From contig JBHJGN010000046.1 in NCBI GenBank assembly GCA_050331735.1, positions 1 through 64,000 of the forward strand: 64,000 nucleotides of DNA. Direction: 5' to 3'. Made by a program: the position numbers and the translations under genes. The first letter of the stretch is position 1, and the number at the start of each line of letters is the position of its first letter. The notes beneath the pieces are model-generated. The model did not search any database, was not told where the DNA came from, and was given only the letters and a program-made list of their open reading frames with translations. Source of the stretch: Cyanophyceae cyanobacterium. Lineage in GTDB: Bacteria > Cyanobacteriota > Cyanobacteriia > Cyanobacteriales > JBHJGN01. Shown in pieces: positions 62,349 to 64,000 of the stretch.

Positions 62349-63032
62349 ATGCCACCAACTGTTATTTTCTTAGATGCCGTTGGCACTCTGTTTGGAATTC
62401 GGGGAAGCGTTGGGGAGATTTATAGTGCGATCGCCTCCCAAGCCGGAGTTGAAGTTTCTCCTCACCGTCTCGACCAGGCGTTCGTCGCTAGCTTCAAAGC
62501 GGCCCCTCGACTCGCTTTTCCGGGAGTCAATTCAGCACAAATTCCAGCCCGAGAGTTTCAGTGGTGGCAGACTGTTACCCGCACTACTTTTGAGCAGGTC
62601 GGCGTTCTCGACCGCTTTGCCGATTTCAACCGCTTTTTTACTAGTTTATACGGACACTTTGCTACAGCACACCCCTGGTTTGTCTATCCCGATGTTGTGC
62701 CCGCGTTAACCGCGTGGCAGCAGCAGGGCATTGAGCTGGGCATTATTTCTAACTTTGATACCCGTCTCTATCAAGTCCTCGAACATCTCCAGCTCAAACA
62801 CTTTTTTAGCAGTATCACCGTCTCCTCAAGAGCCGGTGCGGCCAAACCAGCATCCTCAATTTTTGCGGCGGCCCTTCGCCAGCATCGCTGTTCTCCCCAT
62901 CAGGCTTGGCACGTCGGCGATAGTCAAGCAGAAGACTATCAAGGAGCGGAGGCCGCCGGATTGAGACCGTTCCTGCTCCAGCGTTCTGCTACTCCAGACT
63001 ACACTCTCAAAAATATTTCCCAGCTTGTTTAA
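62349..63032 (+). CDS. HAD-superfamily hydrolase (REG-2-like)
   Basis: FLDAVGTL, ISNFD, KP, HVGDS..ED. Confidence 0.9.
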   Translation: MPPTVIFLDAVGTLFGIRGSVGEIYSAIASQAGVEVSPHRLDQAFVASFKAAPRLAFPGVNSAQIPAREFQWWQTVTRTTFEQVGVLDRFADFNRFFTSLYGHFATAHPWFVYPDVVPALTAWQQQGIELGIISNFDTRLYQVLEHLQLKHFFSSITVSSRAGAAKPASSIFAAALRQHRCSPHQAWHVGDSQAEDYQGAEAAGLRPFLLQRSATPDYTLKNISQLV

Positions 63033-63090
63033 TGTTTGTTCCCTGATCCGGGCAAAGTAACACTAGGTTGGGATAAAGGGAGAAACTACT

Positions 63091-63951
63091 TTGGATGCCG
63101 CAAACTCGCAAAAGATCTTAGGCTACTTTATCGAAGAAGCAAAAGAACACCTCGTTACCTTAGAAAGGGGCTTACTAGAGCTAGCTTCAGTTATTAAAGA
63201 CAGCGAACGGATCAACGAAATGTTTCGCGCTGCTCACTCGATTAAAGGCGGTGCTGCTATGCTTGGCTACGAAAGTATCCAGAAAACGGCTCATCATCTA
63301 GAAGATGCGTTTAAAATTCTGCAAGAAGAAGACGTGACTCCCGATCAGAACTTAGAAGCGTTGTTTTTCGACGGCTATGATGTTCTTCAAGATCTCATCG
63401 AGCTATTGCAGAGTCCAAGTGGGCTTCAGGAAGAGGAAGGCACAGCCATTATTCAAAAAGCTGAGCCCAAGTTCAACGAACTTCAAAATTACCTCAGTCA
63501 ATCTTTGGGGCAAGAGTCACAGGGAGCGGATGAAGCCCAAGTGCCGCCAGTGTATCGAAAGCTCAGGCAAATGCTGGTGCTCTTTAGGCAGCCATCGACA
63601 CCTCAAACGCGGCAGCAGCTTCAGGATTTGTGTGGCCAGTTGACAGAGGAAACTGACAACGAAGCTTGGCAGACTCTGGTCACTACGGCACAGCAGGCGA
63701 TCGCGAACCCTAAATATGCTTACTCCCTATTGGCTCCCGTCGTGATTACAGACCTCAAGCGCGGTACTGACTCTCTAGAACTCGGTCACGAAATTACACC
63801 AAGTCCGGGGCTACAGAAGCTTGCCGTCGCGCAGCAGCCCCAAATTCTCGTGACGGTGGAACCTCAAGCTGCCGCAACCGCTCTTAAGCAAGCTTTCAAT
63901 CCGCAGCAGCTCACCCAAATTGCCGCACTGCTGAGTCACTCTGACCCCTAA
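63091..63951 (+). CDS. Hpt domain-containing protein
   Basis: FIEEAKEHL...FRAAHSIKGGAAMLG (CheA P1-like) with no kinase domain. Confidence 0.88.
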   Translation: MDAANSQKILGYFIEEAKEHLVTLERGLLELASVIKDSERINEMFRAAHSIKGGAAMLGYESIQKTAHHLEDAFKILQEEDVTPDQNLEALFFDGYDVLQDLIELLQSPSGLQEEEGTAIIQKAEPKFNELQNYLSQSLGQESQGADEAQVPPVYRKLRQMLVLFRQPSTPQTRQQLQDLCGQLTEETDNEAWQTLVTTAQQAIANPKYAYSLLAPVVITDLKRGTDSLELGHEITPSPGLQKLAVAQQPQILVTVEPQAAATALKQAFNPQQLTQIAALLSHSDP

Positions 63952-64000
63952 GAGCGGACATCCGCTGTTTGAGCCGATGGAGCGCCAACTCGCTTCGGTA

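Noticed and set aside
977..63643. Numerous short ORFs overlapping identified genes in the six-frame track
   Set aside because: Alternative-frame or antisense shadows of well-supported genes, with no independent motifs.

Overview
Chromosomal window from a cyanobacterium. The evidence is dense HIP1 octamers (GCGATCGC), petN, a panC-cmk fusion and several cyanobacteria-specific DUF genes. Most of it is housekeeping: dacB, gor, gatA, tkt, fabF, acpP, cysC, aat, rpsN, nth, rseP, thrS, prlC, panC/cmk, rlpA, purM, queC, petN and ndbB. It begins inside a tnpB-only IS200/IS605 element. There are two accessory zones. (1) About 41.4-46.3 kb: a tight HIP1 cluster, a short TPR gene and an AT-rich 1336-aa fusion of glycosyltransferase-like, two methyltransferase and GT41 domains. 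(2) About 50.1-59.5 kb, between purM and queC: a decaying island. It holds a WD40 remnant, attC-like hairpins around toxin-antitoxin genes, a broken triuret-hydrolase operon fused to an IS1 fragment, an RTX protein with a GT-like partner, and an orphan Sll7009-like WYL regulator with no cas genes. The most distinctive non-coding signal is a dispersed family of 13-nt mini-hairpins with co-varying stems and mostly C-GNA-G loops, set in TTTCCCC-type tracts. No rRNA, tRNA or CRISPR array was seen. All calls come from reading the sequence and recalling families; no searches were run.
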